NCBI GenBank assembly: GCA_951406725.2 | Contig: OX597818.1 | Coordinates: forward strand, 96,348,001 to 96,412,000 | Length of the DNA stretch: 64,000 bases | From: Octopus vulgaris | Taxonomy: Eukaryota | Direction: 5' to 3' | In this document: positions 37,761 to 50,408 of the stretch, piece by piece | Numbering within the stretch: the first letter of the stretch is position 1 | How the letters are laid out: the number at the start of each line of letters is the position of its first letter | Translations under genes and position numbers: made by a program | Notes under the pieces: model-generated | Seen by the model: only the letters and a program-made list of their open reading frames with translations | The model's database searches: none | Told to the model about the DNA's origin: nothing

Positions 37761-38439
37761 AAAGACAAGGCAAAATAGTAAAACAAATATGGCGTCCATT
37801 CTCAGGCATTTTGATGATAGCTTTTTCTCGATTTGCAACTTCTTTCATCTTTTGTGCTACCCTAACAATTCGTTCTCAGTATTTTTCTCCGTGACATTTC
37901 TTATCACAAAAATGTGAAAAAAATATGATAATATCAACGTGTGACAAGAATATATTATAATAATTAAATTTGGAACAATGAACTTTGGTTTGTCATTGTC
38001 TAACGCATTTAAAAACTTTCTATTAAAAAAGTTCTCTTAAAAGACCTTCTAAAGAGAGTTCTCTTAAACGGCTCTTGATATGTTCTTATACTGTATAGCT
38101 GCATGTATTTTGACTACTAGCATAAATGTTGTATTGTTTTGTATTGTTTTGTCCAACGCTTTAACAGTTCTACTAGTACATCATCTTGGCTCGGTATCTT
38201 ATATAATACATTCATATGTTCACATGAACATGTATGCATATATATACATATTTATATATATGTGGCTGCATAGTAAGAAGCTTGCTTCCTAACTACATGA
38301 TTCCGGGTTCAGTCCCACTGCGTGGCACCTTGACAGTGTCTTCTCCTATAGCCTCGAGCTGACCATAAGCTTATGAGTGGATCTGACAGACAGAAACTCA
38401 AAGAACCCTGCGGTATGTATATGTATATATATATATATA

Positions 38440-39311
38440 TTGGGTTGGTAAAAAAGTTCGTAGCGTTTTTCATCAATTGCCCCCTTAACTCCTTCTAACT
38501 GGGAACAATAATAGTCTAAATTTAGCATCTGATTTTGTGGACGTAGCTCATAAAACACAATATCCTTGTAATCCCACCAGATATAGAGCATCGCCTTCTT
38601 CGGATACAGATCAGCTTTGGGAGAGATTGAAAGCGGTTCATCTCGTTTTCCCCAGGACATTTTTCGTTTAATGTTGTAAATAATCCACTTCTCATCACAC
38701 ATGACCATTCTTTTCAAAAATGGATAATTTTTGTTTCGTCTGAGCAGAGAATCGCAGATGGAAATGCGCCCAATTGAGTTTTTTCTGTTATGAGGCACCC
38801 AAACATCACAGCAATTTACATAACCAAATGTTTTAAATGCTTTATAACGTTCACATGAGATACATGGAGAATATCTCGCATCGTATGACGGATTATTTTT
38901 TTTATTTAAGTCTCGACTTGTTCATTATCAATGTAGGCCTGCCGGAACGTTCGCGATTTTCTAGGTCAAAATTTTCTGTTCTAAAACTAGTGAACCACTT
39001 ACAAACAGTACTTTCAGCTATGACATCATCTCCATAAATAACACATATCATTGCTGTTTTGCAGCAGTTTTACATTTCCAGAAATAAAAGAGCATTAAAT
39101 GACGAAAATGTATCTCATTTTCCTCCATTTTCAATTTTATCGTTAGAACAGTACCACTAAATAATCCACACAAAATTCAAATTGAAAAATGCGTTGAGAT
39201 CTCTTTTAGAAGAAATACATATATATGGCATGCGTTTCTGTCACGTGATAAAACAGATGATGTTTAAACATCATCTATTGAAAAAAGCTACGAACATTTT
39301 AAATAACCCAA
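38440..39311 (-). mobile_element. Mariner transposon, 3'-deleted, inserted in (TA)n
   Basis: TIRs ttgggttggtaaaaaagttcgtagcgtttt / aaaaaagctacgaacattttaaataacccaa; WVPH and MVMCDEKWIIY..PKKAMLYIWWD motifs. Confidence 0.9.
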
Positions 39312-39379
39312 TATATATATATATAAACTTAGAATTAGATAAACTTAGATATGTTTCGACCAAAGATTGGTCCAGGCCA

Positions 39380-39838
39380 TGTCTAACTTAATAGCACCAC
39401 CTGATAGGATTATTCGAATCCTGTTTAAGTCAAGTTTTGTTCAAGTAGTGAGTTCTTGTTGGGTGAGTTGTATCCAGTTTTGTTCAAGTAGTGAGTTCTT
39501 GTTGGGTGAGTTGTATCCAATTATGGGTGGCTTATCTGGTATTCTTTGAAGGAATCTATCCAGACTCTGTTTAAAGTTGATGGGATCCTTTTCCTCTTTG
39601 ATCTCCCTCGGGACAATGTTAAATAGGGCAGGACCTGTTGAGGAAAAGAAATTATGTTGCAGTGTACATGTATGGTGTGATCTTGAATTGGGCAGGGGAC
39701 GTATAGCCCGTGGTCCAAGTCTTGGATGAACCTTGAAGCTAATGTTTAGGTCGTTTGGGCAAAGTTGGCGGTATATTTTCCACATCGTACAAATGATGTA
39801 CCGCTCACGGCGACGCTGGAGGGAGTAAAGTTTCAAGG

Positions 39839-39840
<2 letters not shown>
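39380..39840 (-). mobile_element. CR1/L2-group LINE 3' end (5'-truncated)
   Basis: LKLYSLQRRRERYII..WKI..GPALFNIVP..FKQSLDRFLQRIPDKP; includes a 43-bp tandem duplication at 39433-39518. Confidence 0.75.
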
Positions 39841-39877
<37 letters not shown>

Positions 39878-39994
39878 TGGCGAAAATAAATTTAAGACCG
39901 ATGATAAAAGTTCTATTTCTTACAAAATATTTTGTTACTAACACCATACAAATTATCTTTATATATTACACCTTGCGAAGAATTTATTGCTCTT

Positions 39995-40042
<48 letters not shown>

Positions 40043-40045
<3 letters not shown>

Positions 40046-40334
40046 AGAATTAAAAAAAAGAAACAAAAGACGAAAACAGGTGGTGTAAACAGTAAACAGA
40101 TGTATTAGTATAACGCTCAGGCAGTGAAGAAGTCTTTAACGTTTCGAGCCTACTTTCTTTCACAGAAAGGAACACAGAAAGAAACAAGGAAAGAAAATAA
40201 AGAATGCATAGTGGCTAGCAATCTATTATGACGAATCAGAGGAGACAGGTAGAATACGTAGAAGTTCGTAGGTGATGAGAGGAGACAGGATCAACTGGTG
40301 CGACCACGTGAGCGTGTAATATATGGGGAGAATT
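40043..40334 (-). mobile_element. Miniature non-autonomous PLE derivative with degenerate HHR
   Basis: 40055-40230 aligns with PLE 3' terminus 5970-6170. 40302-40324 (gaccacgtgagcgtgtaatatat) aligns with PLE 5' terminus 10428-10450. The terminal gggagaatt is repeated at 40043 and 40326. Confidence 0.75.
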
Positions 40335-40410
<76 letters not shown>

Positions 40411-40488
40411 TGTATGTGCGTATGCGTGTGTGTGTGTGTGTATGTTTTGTCTTCCGTCACCGCTTGACAACCAGTGCTGGCTCGTTTA

Positions 40489-40559
40489 TGTTGTGGTGAG
40501 AGTCACGACATCTCCTCCGAGAATAGACTTGACCGAACGACTATAGATAGTAGCGGTCT

Positions 40560-40613
<54 letters not shown>

Positions 40614-42729
40614 GAGTAGACGTTAATTGCAGGAAGTCGTAAGGTGTCGTTTTGATAGTTTGTCGGAATATCGTTTGTTGGTTCGTGTATAGTTCGTGGA
40701 GGGTTTGTTGGATTGTTATGCTGATGTTACCCTGCTTCGTTATATATTATATTGTTACTGCACGGTTATAGTGAAAACAAGTATCGTCATAACACGTGGC
40801 GATACTACAATAATTGGCGATGAGTAACTATGTTACAATAATTGGCGACGAGGATTCGAAGCTCACGCAGGTCAGTTAACAAATTTTAATAAAGTTGTTA
40901 ATCATGGAAAACCTATTAGCTTCTATAATACAGTTGCAAAAGCAACAGCAACAGGAGTTGCACCAACAACTACAACAGCATCAACAGCAGTGCAGCAGGA
41001 ACAACAGAAAGGGTCGAACAATAGTACTCAAGAGTCGAACAACAGTATTCAAGAGTCGAACGACAGTACCCAAAAGTCGAATTGCCGAAGTTAATAAAGA
41101 AGGCCGGAAGCACTACAGGTTTGTTTTCGCTAGACGGTGTATCGAAATCTATTACAGAATTCAATTATGACCCAGAGGAGGGTATAACGTTTGCAGCGTA
41201 CTTTAGAAGGTACGAAGAAATCTTCAGAGAAGATTGCAAGTCGTGGACGAACCGCCACGAAAACATGAAAAATATCGTAATTTCATACTACCTCCCAAAA
41301 CTAGTGAAGTTTGTTTCCAGGAACTAGTCGTACAACTATCAAAAATATTCAGTGATAAGAGTTCCCTATTTAACACTCGATAAGAATGTTGGAATCTAAT
41401 TAAAAGAGGGGATGAAGATTTTGTCACGTATGCCGGGACCGTAAACCGAATGTGCAAAATGTTTAAACTGAAGGAACTAACTCCTGATATGTTTTAGTGT
41501 CTCATTTTTGTATAAGGGCTTACAACAAACAAAGATGCGGAGATGCATGCAAGAATTCTCATGAATCTTGACCAAGTGGTCCAAAGTTTAACCCTGCAGA
41601 CAGTTGCTTATGAGTGTCAAAGAATAGTAAACTTATGTCAGGACGTAAAGAAAATTGAACAGTTCTCAGGAATACAAGCGTGCCGACCGGGAAGGAATAA
41701 ACAAGAAAAAAATGTTAAGACGAAACCCATGCTTCAAATATAGAGCCTTATATTTCATGCAGGATTGTCCTTTCAAGACGCAAAAATGTTACAGTTGCCA
41801 AAAAGTAGGACACAAGAACTCACATTGCAGAGCAAAGTTAGGAAGGTCGACCATAAAAAATTCTAAAGCTTTCTCAACGGAAAGTAGAAGTGACACCAAA
41901 AATTTGCACATGTAAAAGTAAACAAAGTGAATATTAAAATTACAGCGACATACTGGTGGCAATATCTCCATTATTTTATTAATACCGACACGTAGATACG
42001 AATTAGAGAACCTACATTAAGAAAAACATCAAAAATTGTATGAGGCGTGACAGGTGAAAAACTATATTTCGTAGGCGAAATGTGGAGTGATATCACATTT
42101 CAGAAAAACCTGTAGAGCAAAATTTTTCGTCGTAAAAAATGCAACCAATCTGTTCTGCTACAGACTGGTTGGAGTTATTTGACTTATGAGACCTCCCCAT
42201 AAGTCTGTTCAGTAAAAATATAAATAGTTGTCCCACCGGTGAAAATAACTCAGCAACTGGATTGAAGACAAAAATTAAAAACTTGTTTCCTGAAGAGCTG
42301 TCGGATAAATTAGGTCTCTGTTCTAAGACTGAGGCCTGTTTTCAAATAAAGGAAAACGTTGTACCTGTATTTAAACCGGATAGAAAGGTACCATTTGCTG
42401 CGATAAAGCAGGTAGAGGAAGAATTAGACAGACTGGAGAAATTGGGAAATATTAAAAAAGTAGATTATTCTAAATGGCCGTGTGTATTTAAAAAAAATCA
42501 AGGTGTGTGCTGATTTTTCTAAGGTGTTTTCGTAAGGTGTTTTCGTATTTTATTGGAATGGCGTTTGTCGGTTCGTTTATAGTTCGTGGAGAGTTTGTCG
42601 GATTGTTACGTTGTTGTTACCCTACTTTACATATTTTATTGTTGCTACATGGTTATAGTATAAATACTATAGCCACCATAACAAGTGGTGATACTACCAT
42701 AATTGGCGACGAGTAACTATATTACAATA
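40489..42729 (+). mobile_element. Ty3/Gypsy (Mag-like) LTR retrotransposon, internally deleted, inserted in a SINE
   Basis: 5' LTR 40489-40840 (TGTTGT..ACAATA), PBS TGGCGACGAG 40843-40852, gag remnant ITEFNYDPEEGITFAAYFRRYEEIF, knuckle CYSCQKVGHKNSHC, RT start RKVPFA..VEEELDRLEKLG..SKW, partial 3' LTR ~42520-42729, TSD GTTTA/GTGTA. The SINE sequence resumes on both sides. Confidence 0.9.
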
Positions 42730-42947
42730 GTGTACGACCGGTAACATAGCGGTTCGGCAAAAGACCGATACAATAAGCATTAGCCTCAAAAAATAAGTCC
42801 TGGGGTTGATTTGTTGGACTAAAATCCTAAAGGCGATGCTCCAGCATGGCCGCAGTCAAATGACTGAAACAAGTAAATAATAAAAGAATATATATTTTGT
42901 ATAATTACATGCATATATGCATGTAAATATACAAAAATATATGTATG

Positions 42948-43017
<70 letters not shown>

Positions 43018-43282
43018 TGCGTGTGTATGTATGTATTATTTACACCAGTCCAGTAGTCTGTTATTTATCTTGAGTATATATATATAAAGTTAATTAGAGT
43101 ATATATTAACCTCTTAAAGGGATGATTACAGTCAAGAAAACACTGGTTCAATACCTTATATCTTTGGAAAATAAATTTCCCTAAATCAATAGGTATATAT
43201 TAAGCATATAATCCACATTCAATTAAGAGAAAAAAATGGAGAGTTAAAGGTTAATAATTAGTAATAAATTGGTAATCATTCA

Positions 43283-43378
43283 TTCCTACAATTGTTTCAA
43301 TTTGCCCTAATCCAATAAATTACAAATTTATGCAATAAATCTGCATTTATTAATTATGTGCAAAATATCACCAGGGAA
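43283..43378 (-). ncRNA. Hammerhead-like motif with long AT-rich stem II (A6 mutated)
   Basis: Minus strand ttcc-CTGGTGA-tattttgcac...gggcaaatt-GAAA-CAATTG-TA-ggaa. Helix I ttcc/ggaa, palindromic ACAATTGT. Confidence 0.55.
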
Positions 43379-44135
43379 ATATTTAAACATTAGAAACTTA
43401 CATGTTGACCAATGAGTTCTTTCCAGCAATTTAAACTAAATATATGGTATTGCTTTTATTTTTTAGTGTATGTGTGTCGGCCCGGGATTATAGTTGGAGA
43501 TACCTGCCAAAAGTGCTGCACAAGGAAACTGAACTCGAAGTCATATAGTTACAAAGCGAGCCTCTTAGTCACTCAGATATGCCTGTCCCTATTCTTTTAA
43601 CTTGTGTTGGGCAGTTGAGTTTTCAATACTCTGCATAATTTTTCTTTCGATTCCAGACCATTATGTCGTGTTTCACCATTTGGCTATTTGCATCCTCTGC
43701 AGTGGGTGTTCCAAGTGCAATTGGATGCAGTGGATGTTTCAAGTACAATAAAGCATTCCCTCAAGAGGACGCTATATTCCATTATGTCACATTGATCATA
43801 ATAAAGTGTTTCCCTGATAAACTGCTGTGGTTTAGCATTCAATTGTGCCTGGAACATCCACTGCAGAGGATGCAACTAACTACAACGGTGAAACATACGA
43901 AAGGAACAAATGATATAAACTTGTGTTTATCATAATTTCTCCTATATTTCCTCAGTATTTCAACCAGTAATTCTGCTAAGTAGCGTAGTAACCATATCAC
44001 TATGCTAGAAATTGACTTGGCAATGATATTCTACGGGGATCTCTAAACTCATAAATAGCAGTCGTACACGTAACTGTACACACATGTTTTCCGTCTACCT
44101 CTCTCTCTCACTCTCTGTATTTATTATATAAGTGT

Positions 44136-44175
<40 letters not shown>

Positions 44176-44338
44176 GTAATGTGTATATAGACACGTATGT
44201 GTCTATATAAGCGTGTAACTGTATGTATCTGCATTTGTAAGTATGTATATATGCATATAATTGTATGTATATATGTGCATGTATGTAGGTATGTTTTAAT
44301 GCAAGAATATAAGTATATCTATACACGTGTATGAATGA

Positions 44339-44386
<48 letters not shown>

Positions 44387-45432
44387 GTGTATGTGTGGGT
44401 TCGTGTGTGTGTGTGTGTGTTCGTATCTATCCATGCTTATATATATCTATTCACGTCATTTCAATATATACATATTTAAATAATTTTAAGGTATCTGTTC
44501 GTTTAATCAAGCTGAAATCTCACTCTCTCTCTCTCTCTCGCTCTCTCACACACACACACACTCACACACACCACACACTCACTCCAACACAGACATAACA
44601 CAGAATGATAAATACAACATAATTCGTGCAGCAAATTTTAATTCACGATACGAGAGCTCGGTGGTTTCGTCTCAAAACAAGCAGACATTGTGACATGGAC
44701 AGACAAGTAAACGGCGAGTTAGTTACACGCCACATAGCATCATATTGTTCTTTGTTAATAATAATACAATAAAAAGGAAGATAAAAATGTAATATTAGAG
44801 AAAGATTTAAAAGTATTTCTTTTCTAATCAACTCACATCGAATTAGCCTCAAAGTGGATTAACGGATAATCCCAGGTCGACTGAAAATTTAACCTTGAGC
44901 AACAAAAGTCAAACTAACTTTATTTGTATTGTTGCTCTTGTGAATAGAGCAACTGCAGTAGATGGATGGACAGACAGACTGTGAGATAGGGGGAAAGAAA
45001 GGAAGAAAGGAAAATAAAGAAGTGGGGAGATAGAGTATGACGGGAGAGAGGAACAATAAACTAATTATAGGTAGCTAGATTGATTAAGTGTATGTGTGGT
45101 GGGTGATTGGTTTGGGGGAGAAACAAATTATTGAACCTGAAGGCAAGAACTGTAGGCAAAATATTAAAAAGAAAGAACAAAGAGCACACACACACTCACC
45201 CCCACACACAAAGACAGAGAAAGATGGAGCAGAGAGTGGGGGAGAGAGGAGGGAGAGAGAGGGAGAGAGAAAGGAAACGGAATGGTGTTAGAGAGAAAGT
45301 AAGTATTTTAAGAGTGAGTAGAAATTAAGAGGGAGAAATTACGAAGAAAGGTAGAGAGTGAGTGATATACGTAGAGTTTGAGTGCCATTGGTTGATGGTA
45401 ATAATGATGATGATGATAATAATAATAATAAC

Positions 45433-45466
<34 letters not shown>

Positions 45467-46304
45467 TGTATGTGTGTACATATATATGTTTGTGTGTGTG
45501 AAGAGAAAGAGAAAGAGTGAGAGTGAGATAGAGAGTGGACGTGGAAGAGAGGGAAACGGAGAGAAAAGAAAGAGAAAGAGTGAGAGAAATTGACGGAGCA
45601 AAGTAGAGAGCAATTAAAGATGGTGGTGTAAAAGATACACGAAGACGTAATATTAGACAACATGGAAAATATATAGAAAGTAGCCGCATATATGTTTATT
45701 TCCTTTTAGTGATGGAAAATGCAGTATTGAACGGTATATCTATGAGTGGTGATGGTAGGACTAAAGGTGGGGGGTTAAGCAGATTGTGTTTTTAGCAGAT
45801 CGAAAAAGTCAACGTGAAAGCCAATAAGAAGCGTATATTTTTTGGGAGTAGATTCCATATTATTCTTTGTTGATTTTGATTTCAGTCGTCCCGAGGGTGG
45901 ATGAAACAAGTACCCATCAAGTAGTGGGATGGATTTAATCACCTGTTCCTTCTTCCCCTCACAAATCTGTGAATTGTACCGAAGTCAGAAATCAATATAT
46001 CTCACCCTTCTGCCCTTCCAGTTATTTTGTTGCCCTGTAGAGTCATATGTGTGTGTGTGTGTGTGTGTGTTTGTGTGTGTGTGTATGAGTGTGTATGTGT
46101 GTGTGTGTAAGCGTGTGTACGTTTACTTATGTGTATGATTGTATGTGTAAGTTTATATGTATACGCATATCTGTATGTGTATGTATATTTATGTATTTGT
46201 ATATTCAGGTGTGCATATCTGTAGGTATATGTGTGTATGTATGTATGCTTGTATGTATCTATGTGTATACATGTGTGTGTAGTGTGTGCATATGTATATG
46301 TATG

Positions 46305-46336
<32 letters not shown>

Positions 46337-46340
46337 TGTA

Positions 46341-46394
<54 letters not shown>

Positions 46395-46754
46395 TGTGTG
46401 TATCAAAGATGCCAATAAAGTAGAAAAGCATAAAAACCAGAATCATCAGAATCGATGAATCAGAAAGCCTCTTTCATTCTTTATTTCATAACAGTGAGTA
46501 AACCAAGAAGAGTATTGATAAGCGGTTTAGTTCAAAATCACGTAGTTCCTCGTTCGATCCCACTATACGCCACTTTAGGCAAATAACTCCTACCATAGTC
46601 TTGGGCTTACCAAACCAATATGTCCTGAGTGGAAACTGAAAACGAAAACTGCCCGGAAACCCGCAGCATATACGTATGCATGCATGTATGTATGTATGTA
46701 TGTATGTATGTATGTATGTATGTATGCATTATGTACGCATATATATGTATATGC

Positions 46755-46808
<54 letters not shown>

Positions 46809-47164
46809 CGGAGATGTACTTGCATAGCAAGTGACCTGATCTGAGACCGTGTGCTGGAACGAAAACAATTGCATCGTGGAAGGTGTTTAGCAGCCATTTA
46901 AAACACACAAAAACCGTTAGATTCACTTCAAAATTTTAATTTAATTTGCGAACATATTTTCGTCGCCTTGAGACCGCGACCTGTTCACTGACAAAATTCC
47001 GTGCTGCATCTGAGAAAGTAACAGTTAGTTCATGATATATATGTACGTACGTACGTATGCATGTATGTATGTATGTATGTATGTATGTATGTATGTATGT
47101 ATGTATGTATGTATGTATGTATGTATGTATGTATGTATGTATGTATGCATGCATGCTGCAGACT

Positions 47165-47273
47165 GCCCTTGTGGCAGTCTACAGCAAGCTGATAGAAGAT
47201 GGAGTTTGGAGTTAGATTTGAAAAGAAACCAAACTCCATCTTCTATCAGTATGCTGTAGACTGCCACAAGGGC
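47165..47273. repeat. 45-bp inverted repeat (2 mismatches), 19-nt loop
   Basis: gcccttgtggcagtctacagcaagctgatagaagatggagtttgg / ccaaactccatcttctatcagtatgctgtagactgccacaagggc. Confidence 0.95.
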
Positions 47274-48699
47274 TCCTTAGGGAAATTTAAGTTAAACATC
47301 TCATCCACACATCCCACTGATGCAATGCTGAAACAAGTCACTGAAGCTGACTGTATACAAGAATATTATTATATTCATCCTACATTATATTGGTATATCT
47401 TGATGCAACCCCGAAAAACTGCCCCTAAATTAACGTATAAGTGCATGTGCATTCCACAGTTAGTTGTACTATTAATGCAGTCTCAAGCAGTATCAGCATG
47501 ACACAGAATGTGACAACACTATGTAATCGTTTTGAATCATGGAAACAATCGCCACCGCGAGGCTTGCATACAGTTTTTCGTCTACTCGTCTACTCAATTT
47601 CATTCACAAAGAAAAAATAATAAAATTGTCTCAAGTCTAAAATATTACGCAGTGGGATAGATCTCAGGGTTTAGTAATTGCGAAGCAAATTTCTTAACCA
47701 TTCAGCCATTGTGAAACTACCGGTGAAGCTGTAAATAGACGACAGATCATAAACTCAGCTCGCAGTATATTTACCTTTATTATTTGTTGTTCAAATCCCA
47801 CTGCTTTGATTAAATATTTATTTATCCGATGCACTCGAGCGATAAATAATTCAATTCACTGACCTTCGACAAACTTCTGTATCAGTATGTGAGTAAAATT
47901 ATTGATCTTTTTCCCAGAAAATCTTATTCCCATTTTGGAACCTTACAACTACACCGAGATATGGCTTGCATGCATACATACATACATACATACATACATA
48001 CATACATACATACATACATACATACATACATACATACATACGTACGTACGCATCACGCACGCACGTACTTACATACATACAAACATACATACAGGCATAC
48101 ATACATACATACATACATACATACACACAATCAAACATGTATATGTATGTATCTGTATGCATATGTATTCTTATATGTATATGTTTGTCTGTATGAATGT
48201 ATATATGTATGTGTGTATGTATATGTATATGTATATATATGTATATATGTACATATTTATCCAGAACTGTAGATAGTCTGGCCAATTATCTACATACTAC
48301 CGATCTACCCAATGAAACCAACCTCGAATTCAACATCATGAACCACGGCTACAAGAGCAACAAGAACATCAACAACAGCAGCGGTGGCAGCAGTAGCAGC
48401 AGCAGCAGCAACAGTAACAACGACAGTATAAAAGAATAACTGAACCAATTTAGAAGAAATTGTTCCGTCCAGAAAAGTAATGAAAATATCGATATAAATT
48501 CGAGCCCAAGAACCCATGTGCTGGTAGCCCAATACCTTATCTCCTCAGCCATATTACTGTCAGTTGACCTTCCAGAAATGGTAGTTAAGTCTTGCTTCAA
48601 ATCACATCTCATACACGACCGTTTTCGAAGGGCAAGAACACAGTGGATTATGCAGTCCTAGATATGATATGGCTGAAAAACAATAAGTTCGGAATGGCC

Positions 48700-49560
48700 A
48701 CGAGTGAAATGCTTCTTGATCGTAAATCTGCTAGATCAGAGCTAAAATCCGCAATATTTAACAAATACAAAATAAAAAAAATGTCCGAAAGAAGTTCATG
48801 AGTCCATGTATTTCTAATTCAACGAATACATAACTAAAATGAGGATATCCAAAGTATTTCCAAGTCCGAATGGGTCAAGCGTGTTAGAGATGGCTAAAAC
48901 GGACTCTAATTAGGGAATAACAAAAACAACGAGCCAATTGTATCACGTGTTAGATGCACTAAAAAAAATATAGCCTGGTATCTCTCGCGAGACAGTTTCG
49001 TATCCCGGACTAAAAGAAACTATTATAAGTCATCTACAAAATGTACCAACTGAGCCATCGCAATAAAAACTTCTTTTCATTCTCCTTAATGGAAGTGATT
49101 AACTGGTTTTAAAAATTGCTGCTCAGTTATTAATCTACTCTCCGCCGGGAGCAAAAGTAATTTTTTTTTAGATAAATCTGGTTAACTCCTCCATATTCAA
49201 ACTTCTCAAGTCTAATGTAGATCTAATTTATTTAAGTATTACAGCCTAATTGAACATTTGTCGGATTTACATTACTTTTAATCCTTACTTGGATAAACTA
49301 TTTCCCTCCCCATAAAGTCTTGTTTTGTGAAATCATGATGTATTAAGTATATTCCGTCTGTACCAGGGACTTTCAAGAGTTAAACTTTCCTTGTCAGATT
49401 GAGACATAAAACAGATCTTGTTGGCTAGATTGCTACAATTATTCTCGAAGAATATTTACAGAATATCAGTTTGTTTACAAACATAGGATGGCACTAGCTG
49501 TAATATTACATCTCAAAGAATCTTCTCAAAGCTAAACACAGGACTTCGTAATAGAATAGA
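48700..49560 (-). mobile_element. Highly degenerate PLE RT remnant
   Basis: Broken motifs in order on the minus strand: LVHFVDDL, LDILIL, KYMDS; an HHR-like motif lies immediately upstream. Confidence 0.4.
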
Positions 49561-49570
49561 ACGCCAGTGG

Positions 49571-49618
49571 ATCGCCAAACACAGAGTTTTGACCTGATTT
49601 GGTCTCCTCAGTGACGAT
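49571..49618 (-). ncRNA. Hammerhead-like motif (G12 mutated)
   Basis: atcgtca-CTGAGGA-GACC-aaatca-GGTC-AAAA-ctctgtg-TT-tggcgat; 7-bp helix I and 4-bp stem II. Confidence 0.65.
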
Positions 49619-50325
49619 AAACAAACGTTTTGAGCGATGCCCTGTGTTTTTATCTCATTGAGAAGTTTCTCTAAGACAAAATATTACAAGTTTGTATATA
49701 TGCTATAAACGTGTATATATACACATCGGTATTTTAGTCTAAGGCTGTTTCAATCACGTATATTAATTTTACGGAATAAAAAATAACATATGTTTTTGGT
49801 TATAAAATTGTACGGACACCAGCCGAAACATTACCGCAGTATTATTGCATGATACCCCTAATCTAGAAAATGATGGCCATTCGCACATAAAACGCCGATC
49901 ATAATCATATTGAGGGACGTATTTAAAGACCCTGAAGGTTAACACATACACAGTTTTAAATTATTTCAATTAAAAAAAAAATCTCTTTTACTTGATTTCC
50001 TGCCATGAAACGAGCGAATCTTCCATCTTTGGTAACATTGCATTTTAAAAATTAAATTCATCTACCATTTCAAACGGTGGACACGGCAGAAATAGTGTTC
50101 TCTTGTCGAACTGTCTTAATGTATTTTATTTTACTCATTCAGCTTTCATTTTGGAAGCAACATTTTACAACTGAGTGTCAGCTTTTCCAGTTCTGTTGTG
50201 TTTCCAACTGTATGAGTCTGTCGTAACGTTACATTTTACCATTTCTAATATCAAATGTAAGATTTGTTTTTAATGTGATCTTATGACAAAAAACAATCAG
50301 GAGGTTTCATTTCTGTTCTTCTCTA

Positions 50326-50408
<83 letters not shown>

